A stretch of DNA of 64,000 bases. It comes from a virus (taxonomy: Duplodnaviria; Caudoviricetes). Shown here piece by piece: positions 26,177 to 35,419 of the stretch. Position 1 is the stretch's first letter; every line of letters begins with the position of its first letter. The stretch covers positions 1 through 64,000 of the IMG/VR virus record IMGVR_UViG_3300047447_000196. One strand, written 5' to 3'. Below the pieces are notes generated by a model. The model did not search any database. It was given only the letters and a program-made list of their open reading frames with translations, and was not told the DNA's origin. The translations under genes were made by a program, and so were the position numbers.

Positions 26177-26326
26177 ATGAAACTCGTCGTGACCGCAAAA
26201 ATCTACATCGAGGCCGAGGACGACACCGAGGCCGAAGCCGTAGTCCAGGCTGCGCTTGACAATATGGTGGGTGGCGACATCGACCTGACCGAAGTGATCG
26301 CCGTCGAAGTGGAGAGCCAATCATGA
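26177..26326 (+). CDS. Small acidic hypothetical protein
   Basis: Hand-translated MKLVVTAKIYIEAEDDTEAEAVV... Confidence 0.5.
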   Translation: MKLVVTAKIYIEAEDDTEAEAVVQAALDNMVGGDIDLTEVIAVEVESQS

Positions 26327-26386
26327 TGCTCGCTTCGGGGCAGATCGGCCTGTGCGATAGCTGCCAAGACCTGAAAGGAGGCTGAC

Positions 26387-26629
26387 ATGAACCAGCAAGC
26401 CCTGCCGCCCGACCCGGACGGCCAGAACGACGAACGCGCCGAATGGGCCGCCGAGTCGATCCGCACCTTCGCGCGCGTGACCTGCATGGACACCGCAAAC
26501 GAGGACGACGACACGATCCTGGGCGACCTGCTGTGCGACCTGATGCACTGGTGCGACCGCGAGGGAATCGACTTCGACGCCGTGCTGGGGGCCGCACGCG
26601 AGAACTACGGCGCGGAAACCGCCGACTGA
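26387..26629 (+). CDS. Hypothetical protein
   Basis: ILGDLLCDLMHWCDREGIDF; GGAGG RBS. Confidence 0.7.
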   Translation: MNQQALPPDPDGQNDERAEWAAESIRTFARVTCMDTANEDDDTILGDLLCDLMHWCDREGIDFDAVLGAARENYGAETAD

Positions 26630-26633
26630 CAGC

Positions 26634-26702
26634 GCCAGTGCCAGCGCCTGCGATGCGGGCGCTGGTGCGGGGATTGTCCCGGCAACCGCAAGGAGAACCA
26701 GC
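26634..26702 (+). repeat. Structured leader repeat copy 3
   Basis: GCCAGTGCCAGCGCCTGC-GAT-GCGGGCGCTGGT-GCGGGG-ATTG-TCCCG...AAGGAG. Confidence 0.75.
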
Positions 26703-27125
26703 ATGGATCTGAAACTGACCGCAATCACGGCGGCGTTCGTGATGAATGGCCTGCACCGCGCCGACCTCGATTACATCATGCAGGCGTACACCGGCGACGG
26801 TGGCCAGCTCGAACTGGTCGAGGGCGTCCTGGAATGGGTTCCGGCCATTCTGGCGCTGCGCGCTGCCGCCGACAGCATCGGCGTGGACTACCCCGGCGTG
26901 TTCGAGTATGAAGTCAGCTGCGAGTTCGGCCAGTGGCTCGGTGGCAGCATCATCGACGACGGCGACCTGCCCGACCGTGGGCACGCGATGGAGATCCTGA
27001 TCGACCTGGTCGAGTCCTTCTTCCGCGTGAAGGACGATCCCGTCACCGCCCGCCGCCTGCGCGCCGTGATCGACGCGGCTGCGGACAAGCTCATGGCCCC
27101 GCAAGCCGCCAACGACGGAGCCTGA
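26703..27125 (+). CDS. Hypothetical protein
   Basis: 140 aa, RBS. Confidence 0.7.
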   Translation: MDLKLTAITAAFVMNGLHRADLDYIMQAYTGDGGQLELVEGVLEWVPAILALRAAADSIGVDYPGVFEYEVSCEFGQWLGGSIIDDGDLPDRGHAMEILIDLVESFFRVKDDPVTARRLRAVIDAAADKLMAPQAANDGA

Positions 27126-27128
27126 GCC

Positions 27129-27446
27129 ATGCGCCGCCACCCCGTACAGGTTCGTCACCCGGTGACGAAGCGTGACGAACAGTTCGTCAACCCGCGCTGG
27201 TGGACCCCGAGCGGGGACGAGCGCCGCTACATGGCCGAGCGTGACCTGCTGCGCGCACCGGCCCGGCAGGAGCGGCCCATGTGGCCGTTCGTGCTGCTGG
27301 CCGTCAGCCTGGCGCTGGTCCTCGCCATCGACGCCGCGCCGCAACTGCGCGGTATCCTCGCTGACATCCCCTGGGCCAAGCTGTTCAACTATCAGCCCGT
27401 CTCGCCGATTGATCCCGGCGACCGCAACGGCCTGCTGCACAAATGA
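27129..27446 (+). CDS. Putative single-pass membrane protein
   Basis: Hydrophobic stretch WPFVLLAVSLALVLAI. Confidence 0.55.
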   Translation: MRRHPVQVRHPVTKRDEQFVNPRWWTPSGDERRYMAERDLLRAPARQERPMWPFVLLAVSLALVLAIDAAPQLRGILADIPWAKLFNYQPVSPIDPGDRNGLLHK

Positions 27447-27456
27447 AGGAGCGGAA

Positions 27457-27825
27457 ATGAAACGACCGAGAAACTACACCCCGACCAGCATCAGCCCGCA
27501 CGCGGTGGGTTCGACCCGTATCTGCCATGCCTGCGAGGCCACGCTGGCCCAGGCGCAGATGACCGAGATCCACCCGGTGCCGGGCCTGACCATGTACCGC
27601 TGCCCGGCCTGCGTCGAGCTGCTTGCGCGCGTGCTGGCCTACGCCAAGTCGCGCTGGTGCTGGGACGACGCCGCCATGCTGGAAGAACTGTTCGAGCGCC
27701 ACTGGGTGCGCGGCGAGACGGTGGACAGCTTCGTTGACGGCTGGGCCAAAGACTACGACCTGACCGACCCGCACGACGTCGGCCTGCAACCCGAGGAGAC
27801 CCCGATGAAAGGAACCAAGCAATGA
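27457..27825 (+). CDS. Hypothetical protein with CxxC pair
   Basis: CHACE...YRCPAC; RBS. Confidence 0.6.
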   Translation: MKRPRNYTPTSISPHAVGSTRICHACEATLAQAQMTEIHPVPGLTMYRCPACVELLARVLAYAKSRWCWDDAAMLEELFERHWVRGETVDSFVDGWAKDYDLTDPHDVGLQPEETPMKGTKQ

Positions 27826-28013
27826 GCGGCAGAGCATCCGCCGAAGTCACCAGGGCCGTCGCCATGCTGCGCGAGAGCGGCGGCACGATGACCGCCTACG
27901 CGGCCGCGAAAGCGGTCGGCATCGCCCTGTCAACCATCTACCGCTCGCCCCTGTACAAGGCGTACCGGACCGAGCAGGACCAGTCCACCCACAAGCCAAA
28001 GGAGGAACCATGA
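27822..28013 (+). CDS. Small HTH protein
   Basis: TAYAAAKAVGIALSTIYR. Confidence 0.6.
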   Translation: MSGRASAEVTRAVAMLRESGGTMTAYAAAKAVGIALSTIYRSPLYKAYRTEQDQSTHKPKEEP

Positions 28014-28486
28014 AAAAGCGAAACCCGGAAGTCTGGCACCGTCTAACCAGTACGCACTCCAGCATGGACGACATGATCGCCCGCTACGGCTGGGCCGTGC
28101 AGGGCGTGTTCGGCAGCGATACCAGCCCGACGTTCAGCTACACGGTCGGGCTGGCCGCGAAGGGCCTGCCCGAGATCGTGGTGTTCGGCCTGCCGGCGCA
28201 GGTTGCGCACCAGTTCCTGAACGACCTGGGCCGGCGCTTCACCAGCACCGGCGTGCCGCCGCTGGACACCGACCTGACCGATATCGCCGAGGACTACCCG
28301 GCCCGGCTGGTGCCGGTGCCCCGCGCCGAGGCCGACAAGTACATGTTCGCCACCAAGCACCGCTACCCGGCCTACACGGCGGTGCAGCTCGTTTGGGTGG
28401 ACACGAACAGCCTGTTTCCCTGGGAGTCGGGGTTCGATCCCGACCTCGCCCTGAAACAGCCGATCCTGCGGGACCGGCTTCACTGA
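28010..28486 (+). CDS. DUF4262-like protein
   Basis: GWAVQGV...FSYTVGL...GLPEIVVFGLP...VQLVWVD...FPWE. Confidence 0.75.
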   Translation: MKKRNPEVWHRLTSTHSSMDDMIARYGWAVQGVFGSDTSPTFSYTVGLAAKGLPEIVVFGLPAQVAHQFLNDLGRRFTSTGVPPLDTDLTDIAEDYPARLVPVPRAEADKYMFATKHRYPAYTAVQLVWVDTNSLFPWESGFDPDLALKQPILRDRLH

Positions 28487-28498
28487 AAGGAGCAAGCC

Positions 28499-28849
28499 AT
28501 GAACGACTCGATCACGCGGCTCGACTACTTCGCCGCCCATGCGCCGACGGCGATTCCCGACTGGTTCAAGCCCGAAGAACCGGAGTACAACGGCCCGGCC
28601 TACCCCACCCTTCCCGCCGGCATCCCGGAGGAGGACCGCAAGATGATCGCAAGCTGGGAGAGGGACCCCTGCTTCGACCTCGACGGCGAATACGCATGGT
28701 TCCAGCAGGACGTTGAAGCCTACCGGGCGGCGATGAGGGATCACAAGGAGCGGATCGCGGTGGAGCGCTATCTGCGGTGGCCGTGGGCCTACGCGAAAAG
28801 CATGCTGCTCTGGTGCGACGTCTACACCGTCCAGAAGGAGCCGTCATGA
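28499..28849 (+). CDS. Hypothetical protein
   Basis: TRLDYFAAHAP...WPWAYAKSML. Confidence 0.65.
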   Translation: MNDSITRLDYFAAHAPTAIPDWFKPEEPEYNGPAYPTLPAGIPEEDRKMIASWERDPCFDLDGEYAWFQQDVEAYRAAMRDHKERIAVERYLRWPWAYAKSMLLWCDVYTVQKEPS

Positions 28850-29061
28850 GCCAATCCCTCGTCACCATCACGGCCACGATGGAGGACCCGGTGGCGTGGG
28901 AGCTGGCGCAGTTCTGCAAGCGCAGCACCTTCGACATCTTCTACGACCTGACCGAAGCCCACCTGAGCCACGACGAGCGAACCGCCCTCGCCTACCGCAT
29001 GATTCGCGGGATCGAGCTGGTCCAGCGCGCCCTGGCCGAGCAGGGCTATTCACCACGCTAA
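28846..29061 (+). CDS. Hypothetical protein
   Basis: AWELAQFCKR...VQRALAEQGYSPR. Confidence 0.6.
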   Translation: MSQSLVTITATMEDPVAWELAQFCKRSTFDIFYDLTEAHLSHDERTALAYRMIRGIELVQRALAEQGYSPR

Positions 29062-29073
29062 CAGGAGAACAAC

Positions 29074-29634
29074 ATGACTTCAATTCTGACCATCAAGGGT
29101 TCGACCAGCACGCAGCAGATCGAGGACGCGATCCCCTACACCGACATGCGCCGCCACGCCATCGAGCGCCGCGACGACGCCGCCGCAGTGATCGCCGAGC
29201 AGGGCGACCAGGACGTGCTGGAACTGCACCAGATCGACGGCGTCGATGTGCTGTACTCGCCGACCTTCGGCTACGCCTACGTCAACGCGCAGTCGGGCGG
29301 CATCGGCGACAGCATGGTGATCGACAACGGCGAAGCCGCGTCAGCCGAACATGCCGCCCTGGTCTGGCAAACCCGGAACGCCCCGGAAGGCGCCATCTTT
29401 GAATTCACATGGCGCAACAAGTTCCTCTGCACCGACGTCGAGAGCATTGGAGGGTTCCGCGACAAGCTGGCCGAGGCCGTCGCCACACTTGACCGCTGGA
29501 TGGCCGCTGGCGTAACCCTTGACGAGTTCAGTGGCATCGAGGACGACTACGCCACCTTCCAGACCACGAACAAGGAGTTCGCGCTGGCAGAAGGCTTTCA
29601 TCTGGCCCAACCGGATGAGGAGGACGACGACTGA
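29074..29634 (+). CDS. Hypothetical acidic protein
   Basis: 186 aa, AGGAG RBS. Confidence 0.65.
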   Translation: MTSILTIKGSTSTQQIEDAIPYTDMRRHAIERRDDAAAVIAEQGDQDVLELHQIDGVDVLYSPTFGYAYVNAQSGGIGDSMVIDNGEAASAEHAALVWQTRNAPEGAIFEFTWRNKFLCTDVESIGGFRDKLAEAVATLDRWMAAGVTLDEFSGIEDDYATFQTTNKEFALAEGFHLAQPDEEDDD

Positions 29635-29652
29635 ACCGCCCCGCTCCGTGTG

Positions 29653-29676
29653 AAGCCGCCTGCGGGCGGCTTTTTT
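29653..29676 (+). terminator. Intrinsic terminator ending the plus-strand block
   Basis: GCCGCC-TGCG-GGCGGC-TTTTTT. Confidence 0.75.
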
Positions 29677-29998
29677 ACGTCCGCAGCCGGCCAACGCAGG
29701 GCATGTCCCACTGCGCGCGCAGGCCCTCGCCGGCATCGGCGACGATCCGGGCCACATAGCGCGCCCCTTCCACCAGGGCGAGCGTGAACGGCAGCGTGGC
29801 GCGGTAGACGCCGTTCGAGTCGGCCAGGTACGGCATGGCGAGGGGCCAGTCGGTCCCGGCCACAGGCAGGCCGGCGGCATCGTACAGCGCGACCGATATA
29901 TTCGCATCGGTCACGTACTCGCCGCTGGTCTCGTTCTTCAGGCCCGTCACATCGACGATGCTGTTGTTGCCTAGATAAAGGATGTGGATCGTGCTCAT
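29675..29998 (-). CDS. Putative virion accessory (beta-rich) protein
   Basis: 107 aa, coupled to the fibre gene; VALYDAAG...NGVYRATLP. Confidence 0.6.
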   Translation of the reverse strand: MSTIHILYLGNNSIVDVTGLKNETSGEYVTDANISVALYDAAGLPVAGTDWPLAMPYLADSNGVYRATLPFTLALVEGARYVARIVADAGEGLRAQWDMPCVGRLRT

Positions 29999-32472
29999 CA
30001 GTCGGGCCTCAAGTCAGCGCGCCCGGACAGGACGGCGCGCACGCGGGTCGGCGCGTCGAGCGCAGTATGGAGTTCGGTCGTACCGGCCAGCACCGGGTGC
30101 AGGCGCTTCGCCCCCAGCGTGAGCGAGCCGGGCTTCGGCACGTAGTGTTCCAGCACGCCGCGCGCGCTTTGCCGGTCCTGGGCGGTCTGGACGGCCACGT
30201 CCACGCCGACCACCAGCAGGTTGCCGTCGCCGATGTGCTGGACCTGCCCGAGCTGGATCTGGCTGTCCGCTGCCACGCCCGCCTGCAGGGCGCTGGTCTG
30301 CCCCTGCATGGTGGAGGCCGGCGCATCCGACGACAGGCCGAGCACGCCACCTGTGACCTGCGCCTGCCCGCTCTCGACCGTGTTGACGGCCTCGGCGCGC
30401 GCCTGGGCGCGCACGCGCTGGCGGTGGCCGGTGAAGGCGCTGGCTTCGATGGAGACCGCGCATTCCGCGGCGGCGCCCTGGCCCTGCCCGGTCGCCACGA
30501 CGGTCGGGCTGTCCACCCCGGCCACGGCAGTGACTTGCTGGCCCTGCAGGGTCATCACCTCGGCGACGTAGGCGCTGGCAATGGCCGCGCTGGTGCGCTG
30601 GGCGCTGGCGGTGCCGGCGCTGGCGTCGAGGCTCAGGCCGAGCTGGCCGATGGCCGACTGTGCCTGGGCGCTCGTGGCGCTGGCGTCGAGGCTGACTTCG
30701 GCGGCAACTGCTGCCTGCTGGGCCTGCGAGGATGCCGCGCTGGCGGCAGCGGAGACGCCGGCCTCGGCAGTGCTGGTCTGGCCCTGGCTGGTGGCGGTCT
30801 GGCCCGGCTGGAACACGTTGGCCTGCGCGCTGCTGCTCTGGCCCTGCGCGGTGGCGGCGTTGGCGACCAGTCGGGCGCCGGCGGTGGCGGCTGCGTGCTG
30901 GCCTTGCGCGCTCGTGATCGCGGAACCGGCCCCGACCGATGCGGCGGCGCTGCTTTCCTGCGCCTGCCGGGTGCGGCCGGCCAGGCCGGTCTGGTCGGTG
31001 AGCGATGCCACGCCCATCACGCGCCGCCCGTACCCGTCGCCGGTGTAGGAGACCGGGGTCGATGCCAGGACCGCGTTGTTGATCCGGTAGCCGTCGCAGC
31101 CGTAGCCGCCCTCGGCCTGCGTGACCGTGAACGCCGGGCTGATGGACGAGATGTAGTCGCCCCAGTCCGTCGTCGCCGCCATCGCCATGAAGCCTGCGCC
31201 GCTGGTGGCGATCGCCGGGGTGGCGATGGTGTAGCTTTCGGCGGTGTTGATCTTCGTTGCCGAGGCGTCGATCTGGGCAAGGCTCGGCGACTGGACGTAG
31301 TAGACGACCTGGTAGCGCGGGCCGAGGGTGACGCCGAATTCGACCGTGATGACGTTGGCTGTTGCCGCCGGCACGTTCAGCGCGGCGTACCAGCTGACCG
31401 ACGCGCCGTGGCCGGCCACGTCCGCCACGCTGGTGATGAGCTGGTAGGTGTTGCCGGCGGTGTCCGTCACCGACTGTGGCGTGTACCACATGCGGTTGTA
31501 GACGCCGACCAGGATCTGGGTGCCGTCCGCCACGTCGCGCGCCGGCATCACCGACTGCGTGTAGGTGTAGTCGTCGTCTTCCTGGAATACCCGATCCAGC
31601 AGCACCCACGGCGTGACCGCGCTGGCCTGCGCGCTGCTGCCCTGCGCCTGGCTGGTGCTGGCGCTGGTGGCCGAGCTGACGCTGGCGCTGGCCGCGCCGT
31701 GCTGGCCCTGGCTGGTGGCGACGCTGGCGCTGACGCCAGTCGAGGCTGCGGCGCTGGCGGTCTGGCCTTGGCGGGTGGTGGCGACGACATCGCCGACACT
31801 GGTTGCGGCGGCGCTGGCGCTGCTGCTCTGCCCCTGGCTGGTGGTGACAGTTGCCGTCACGACGTTACTGCTGGAGAACGCCTTGACCTGCCCCACCGCC
31901 GACCAGCTCTCGTTGGCGCGGGTGTACTTCGTGGTCCAGGTCGAGCCGTCGTCCGAATACTGGAGCTGGAAGTCCTTCGGCGATTCACCCGGTTGCCAGC
32001 AGGTCAGCGCGAATTCGACGACATCCTTGGCGTTGCCCGCGCCGAAGTCGTAGCCGATCCACTGCGGCAACGCAAAGGTGCCCTGGTTGATGTACCAGGT
32101 GGTGCTGGTCGTGTCGTCGAACGCCTTCGCCGCCTCGAAGCCGCCGGTCTGGTTCGAGTAGATTGCCGTGCCGCCGACGCACTGGTCGGCCCCGCCGACA
32201 CTCGCGCGGAACTCAATCTCGGACGTGTCCAGGTGGGGCGTGCCGGTGGCCGCCGTGATGTAGACGCGCCAGTAGCGGTGCGGGGTCACACCGGGGCTGG
32301 CGCTGCTCTGCGCCTGGCTGGTGGCGACAGTGGCGCTGATGCCGGTCGCGCCGACGGCCGCGCTGGACTGGGCCTGGGAGGTGGTTCCGGTCGGACTGCC
32401 CGAGGTCGATGCTGTAAGGCCTGGCTGCGCCCCGATAGGTGATTCTGAAAGGGCGCTATGACCTAACGGCAC
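29998..32472 (-). CDS. Putative fibre/decoration protein with discoidin(F5/8C)-like domain and T(S/T)Q(A/G)Q repeats
   Basis: HRYWRVYIT...AAKAFDD...WIGYDFG...PKDFQLQYSDDGSTWT; ~20-aa Ser/Ala/Gln repeats. Confidence 0.7.
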   Translation of the reverse strand: MPLGHSALSESPIGAQPGLTASTSGSPTGTTSQAQSSAAVGATGISATVATSQAQSSASPGVTPHRYWRVYITAATGTPHLDTSEIEFRASVGGADQCVGGTAIYSNQTGGFEAAKAFDDTTSTTWYINQGTFALPQWIGYDFGAGNAKDVVEFALTCWQPGESPKDFQLQYSDDGSTWTTKYTRANESWSAVGQVKAFSSSNVVTATVTTSQGQSSSASAAATSVGDVVATTRQGQTASAAASTGVSASVATSQGQHGAASASVSSATSASTSQAQGSSAQASAVTPWVLLDRVFQEDDDYTYTQSVMPARDVADGTQILVGVYNRMWYTPQSVTDTAGNTYQLITSVADVAGHGASVSWYAALNVPAATANVITVEFGVTLGPRYQVVYYVQSPSLAQIDASATKINTAESYTIATPAIATSGAGFMAMAATTDWGDYISSISPAFTVTQAEGGYGCDGYRINNAVLASTPVSYTGDGYGRRVMGVASLTDQTGLAGRTRQAQESSAAASVGAGSAITSAQGQHAAATAGARLVANAATAQGQSSSAQANVFQPGQTATSQGQTSTAEAGVSAAASAASSQAQQAAVAAEVSLDASATSAQAQSAIGQLGLSLDASAGTASAQRTSAAIASAYVAEVMTLQGQQVTAVAGVDSPTVVATGQGQGAAAECAVSIEASAFTGHRQRVRAQARAEAVNTVESGQAQVTGGVLGLSSDAPASTMQGQTSALQAGVAADSQIQLGQVQHIGDGNLLVVGVDVAVQTAQDRQSARGVLEHYVPKPGSLTLGAKRLHPVLAGTTELHTALDAPTRVRAVLSGRADLRPD

Positions 32473-32484
32473 GTCAGTCTCCTA

Positions 32485-34311
32485 TCATGCCCACTCGTAC
32501 TGGACTTCGCTGCTACCGTAACTGCCAGAACCAGCAATATTCAGGGTAGTTGAGGTAGTCAGCACCTGAACATCCAGTACGTCGCCGGCCGCTACAGTGA
32601 TCCACCCGCTGCTGATGGTGTTGCCGGTCTCGTCAACTCCAAACAGCGCATTGAATCGGAAGGCAACGTTGTTTTTACTGAGGCGGTGATACCTGCTACC
32701 AGTATTGTTCCCGGCCCACACGATGTAACTCGTGATGCGAACCCTGGTGTATCCGGTCGGGACGGTGACTTGGGTCGGGGTAGAGGACGAGAACGCACCA
32801 ACATCATCCTGCACGTTCGTATCGTACGAAACCTTGACCCAGGTGCCTTGCGTGATGGACTGGCTGGCGGCCAGCTTCAGGGTCGTGAGAGCAGGCAGGG
32901 TCGTATTTTTCCATGCGCTACCAACGTAGGCATAGAGAGCCTTTTTCGTCGAGTCGTAGACCATCGGGACCGTCCCGACAGGGACGCTGGCGGGCGTGCC
33001 GGTCGGCGTGCCCGCGCAAGTCGGCAGGCAGGTAAAGCCGCCGATCGCGGTCGTCGCCAGCGCCGCGCCGGAGCCGTTGAGGACGACATTACCCGGCGTG
33101 CCGGTTCCGGTTGCCGCGCCGGGGGTCAGGGTGACGGAGCCGCCGTTCTTGTTCGTGCCAACACCCGCCGCGCCCGCAATGGCGACGGCGCCGCCATTGC
33201 CCGCCTGCGGTGCGCCGCCAGTGATGGTGACATTGCCGCCTGCGCCTGCGACATTGCCGCCCTGCCCGCCAGTGACCGTGACGGAACCGCCGCCAGCCGA
33301 TTGCTGGTTTCCGCCTGCGTCACCACCCTTGACAGTCACGTTGCCCGGCACGGTCGTACCACCAACCGTGCTTTGGGTGGAGTTGCCGCCACGGATCGTT
33401 ACGCTGCCGCCGCCGTTCTGGTTGCCACCGTCCCCACCACGAACGATGGCTTGACCGGGAATGATGGTATCGCCACCAGCCACCAGCGCCGCCCCCCCCG
33501 AACCACCGGTGCTGCCTGTGCCACCCTGCACGGTTGCCTGTCCACCTTGCTGGCTAATGCCGACGCCACCGAGCAGCTTTACCTGCCCGGCACCATTATC
33601 ATTACCAATCGTGATCGTGCCTGCCGCGCTGAAGTAGGAGGAACCGCATTTGATCGTGATGTCGCCACCAGCAGCACCCGCACTGTTACCGGAGAAGCCG
33701 GACTGGATGGTGATGCTGCCGCCCCTGCCGCCGCCAGCGCTGGCATCAGCGCCGTAGAGGTAGAGGTTGCCTTGCCAGCTGGCGCCGTTGCCGACACCGG
33801 ACTTGATCGTGACATCGCCACCCTGCCCGGACGAGGAACCGCCCGATCCACCCTGCACCGTGAGCGAGGTGCCGGTACTGGTGGTCGACGACGGGGCCAG
33901 GCCTTGCAGCCTGGCGCTGCCGCTGGCGGGGCCGACGTAGAGGATGTTGTTCACCCTGTCCCACGTCAGGTTCGTCGGATCGGCCAGCAGGCCCGCCTGC
34001 GATGCGGCCAGGTCGATCCAGACCTGCTTGGTGCCCGCAGCAAAGTTGACGGCGGCCCCCGCATTGCTGGAGGCCAGCACGGTCGTGCGGGTGAGGGTGT
34101 TGGCAGCCGAATAGGTGCCGAGACCGACTTCCCAGTCCCCGGTCGGTGCGCCACCGCTGTCTACCGCCTGGATGCAGTAGTAGCAGGTATCGTTCACCGA
34201 ACACGCGCTGGAGAACGCCGAGAAGCCGGTCATGGCCCCGGACAGGGCCAGCGCGCCGGTGCCTGTGGTGGCAGTCGTTTCCTTGACCCTATCCTTGATC
34301 TGCAAAGTCAT
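32485..34311 (-). CDS. Putative tail fibre/spike with Gly-rich repeats and C-terminal C1q-like beta domain
   Basis: N-term DRVKETTATTGTGALAL...WEVGLGTY...TLTRTTVLASSN..AAVNFAAGTKQV; GG-rich middle. Confidence 0.7.
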   Translation of the reverse strand: MTLQIKDRVKETTATTGTGALALSGAMTGFSAFSSACSVNDTCYYCIQAVDSGGAPTGDWEVGLGTYSAANTLTRTTVLASSNAGAAVNFAAGTKQVWIDLAASQAGLLADPTNLTWDRVNNILYVGPASGSARLQGLAPSSTTSTGTSLTVQGGSGGSSSGQGGDVTIKSGVGNGASWQGNLYLYGADASAGGGRGGSITIQSGFSGNSAGAAGGDITIKCGSSYFSAAGTITIGNDNGAGQVKLLGGVGISQQGGQATVQGGTGSTGGSGGAALVAGGDTIIPGQAIVRGGDGGNQNGGGSVTIRGGNSTQSTVGGTTVPGNVTVKGGDAGGNQQSAGGGSVTVTGGQGGNVAGAGGNVTITGGAPQAGNGGAVAIAGAAGVGTNKNGGSVTLTPGAATGTGTPGNVVLNGSGAALATTAIGGFTCLPTCAGTPTGTPASVPVGTVPMVYDSTKKALYAYVGSAWKNTTLPALTTLKLAASQSITQGTWVKVSYDTNVQDDVGAFSSSTPTQVTVPTGYTRVRITSYIVWAGNNTGSRYHRLSKNNVAFRFNALFGVDETGNTISSGWITVAAGDVLDVQVLTTSTTLNIAGSGSYGSSEVQYEWA

Positions 34312-34358
34312 GCCCTGCCACCCATTTCTTCAGTTGTTACATAGGAAACGATAGTTTC

Positions 34359-34778
34359 CTACAGGCCACTCGAACTGTTGAGCACGTCGTGGGTAAACGA
34401 CGAACAGCTGACGGTCTGGCCGGCGCTGATCGAGGTGGTGGCGATGATCATGTTGCTGGCGCTGGTGCCGACCGAGCCGTCCATCACGACGGTGGTGCCG
34501 TCGCTCTTGAAGGCGCGAAAGAAGGTCGCGGTGCCGGTGGCGTCGGCCGACGAGTCGGCGGTGATCGCGTTGAAGGTGATGAGGCCGCCCGAGGCTGCCG
34601 GCGCGGCGGTCGCCGAGAAGCGCAGCTCGGCCAGCAGGGTGTTGCCGGACAGCGCGGTGTTGGCGGTGGCCGGCTGGGTGCCGGAATAGATGCGCAGGTA
34701 GCCGTTGCCCAGCAGTGCCGACAGGGCGTCGGCCTGGGCGTTGACGGTGGCGTCAGCCAGTTGGGTGTTCATTGCCAT
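34359..34778 (-). CDS. Putative virion structural protein
   Basis: GYLRIYSGTQPATANTAL..NTLLAEL...ATGTATFFR...DGSVGTS...TTSISAGQTVS. Confidence 0.7.
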   Translation of the reverse strand: MAMNTQLADATVNAQADALSALLGNGYLRIYSGTQPATANTALSGNTLLAELRFSATAAPAASGGLITFNAITADSSADATGTATFFRAFKSDGTTVVMDGSVGTSASNMIIATTSISAGQTVSCSSFTHDVLNSSSGL

Positions 34779-34820
34779 GATGGATCTCCTTGCCAGCGCC
34801 TGGGCTGGACAGTCAAGACG

Positions 34821-34846
34821 AAAAAAAACCCGCCGGTGGGCGGGTT
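34821..34846 (-). terminator. Intrinsic terminator
   Basis: AACCCGCCCACCGGCGGG-TTTTTTTT. Confidence 0.7.
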
Positions 34847-34912
34847 GTAGAAAAAGGTTGCGGATGACGGGCCGGCGCCAAGCGCCGGGGCGGCCCCGTA
34901 CCTCCGCAGAAA

Positions 34913-35188
34913 TCAGTCGGCGGCTTCGGTGAAGGTGACGTAATACTTCTTGCCGACGGCGAGCTTGTCGATGACGGCCTGGTTCATGATCGTCGCCTCG
35001 AAGCTGGCGCATGGGGTCCAGTGGCCGAAGATGGCGTTTTCGCTCATCGCCTGGTTCTCGCTGGACCCTTCCCATACGGCGCCGAAGCGCACCTGGTTGC
35101 AGGGCAGCTGGTTGTTGTCCTTGTCAAAGCCGTGGCCGCGCGGGCCGATGAAGTTGAGTTGCAGCTTGCAGACCATGACATCGCTCAT
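34913..35188 (-). CDS. Phage hypothetical protein
   Basis: ENAIFGHWTPCASFEATIMN...GKKYYVTFTEA. Confidence 0.7.
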   Translation of the reverse strand: MSDVMVCKLQLNFIGPRGHGFDKDNNQLPCNQVRFGAVWEGSSENQAMSENAIFGHWTPCASFEATIMNQAVIDKLAVGKKYYVTFTEAAD

Positions 35189-35419
35189 GATGTTTCCTCT
35201 ATATATAGACAGGGATAGAGGGGCTGGGTCTTACAGTCTTGCACCCCGAAATTTAATCTTGGTAACTACAGGGCGGGTGGCGGGGAGCGAGGGTCGCCGT
35301 CCGCTGCTGCACGGTTTGTCGCTGACACCCCGAATAACGCCGGGTGTTTCGCCCGAGTTATGCTGTTTCAAAAGGGCCAGTGTTCAGCCATTACAACCCA
35401 ATTGCCCAGCAGTGCCGCT

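Noticed and set aside
25119-26702. CRISPR or integron attC array
   Set aside because: Copies are separated by whole genes, lack GTTRRRY/RYYYAAC attC ends, and no integron integrase is present. Kept instead as a novel leader repeat.
30067-34344. Long plus-strand ORFs opposite the fibre genes
   Set aside because: Antisense shadows of Ala/Gly/Ser-rich minus-strand genes, with no RBS or domain signal.
35330-35410. tRNA-Gln-like sequence in the late leader
   Set aside because: Only a loose D-loop/anticodon resemblance; no T-psi-C arm or acceptor stem could be formed.
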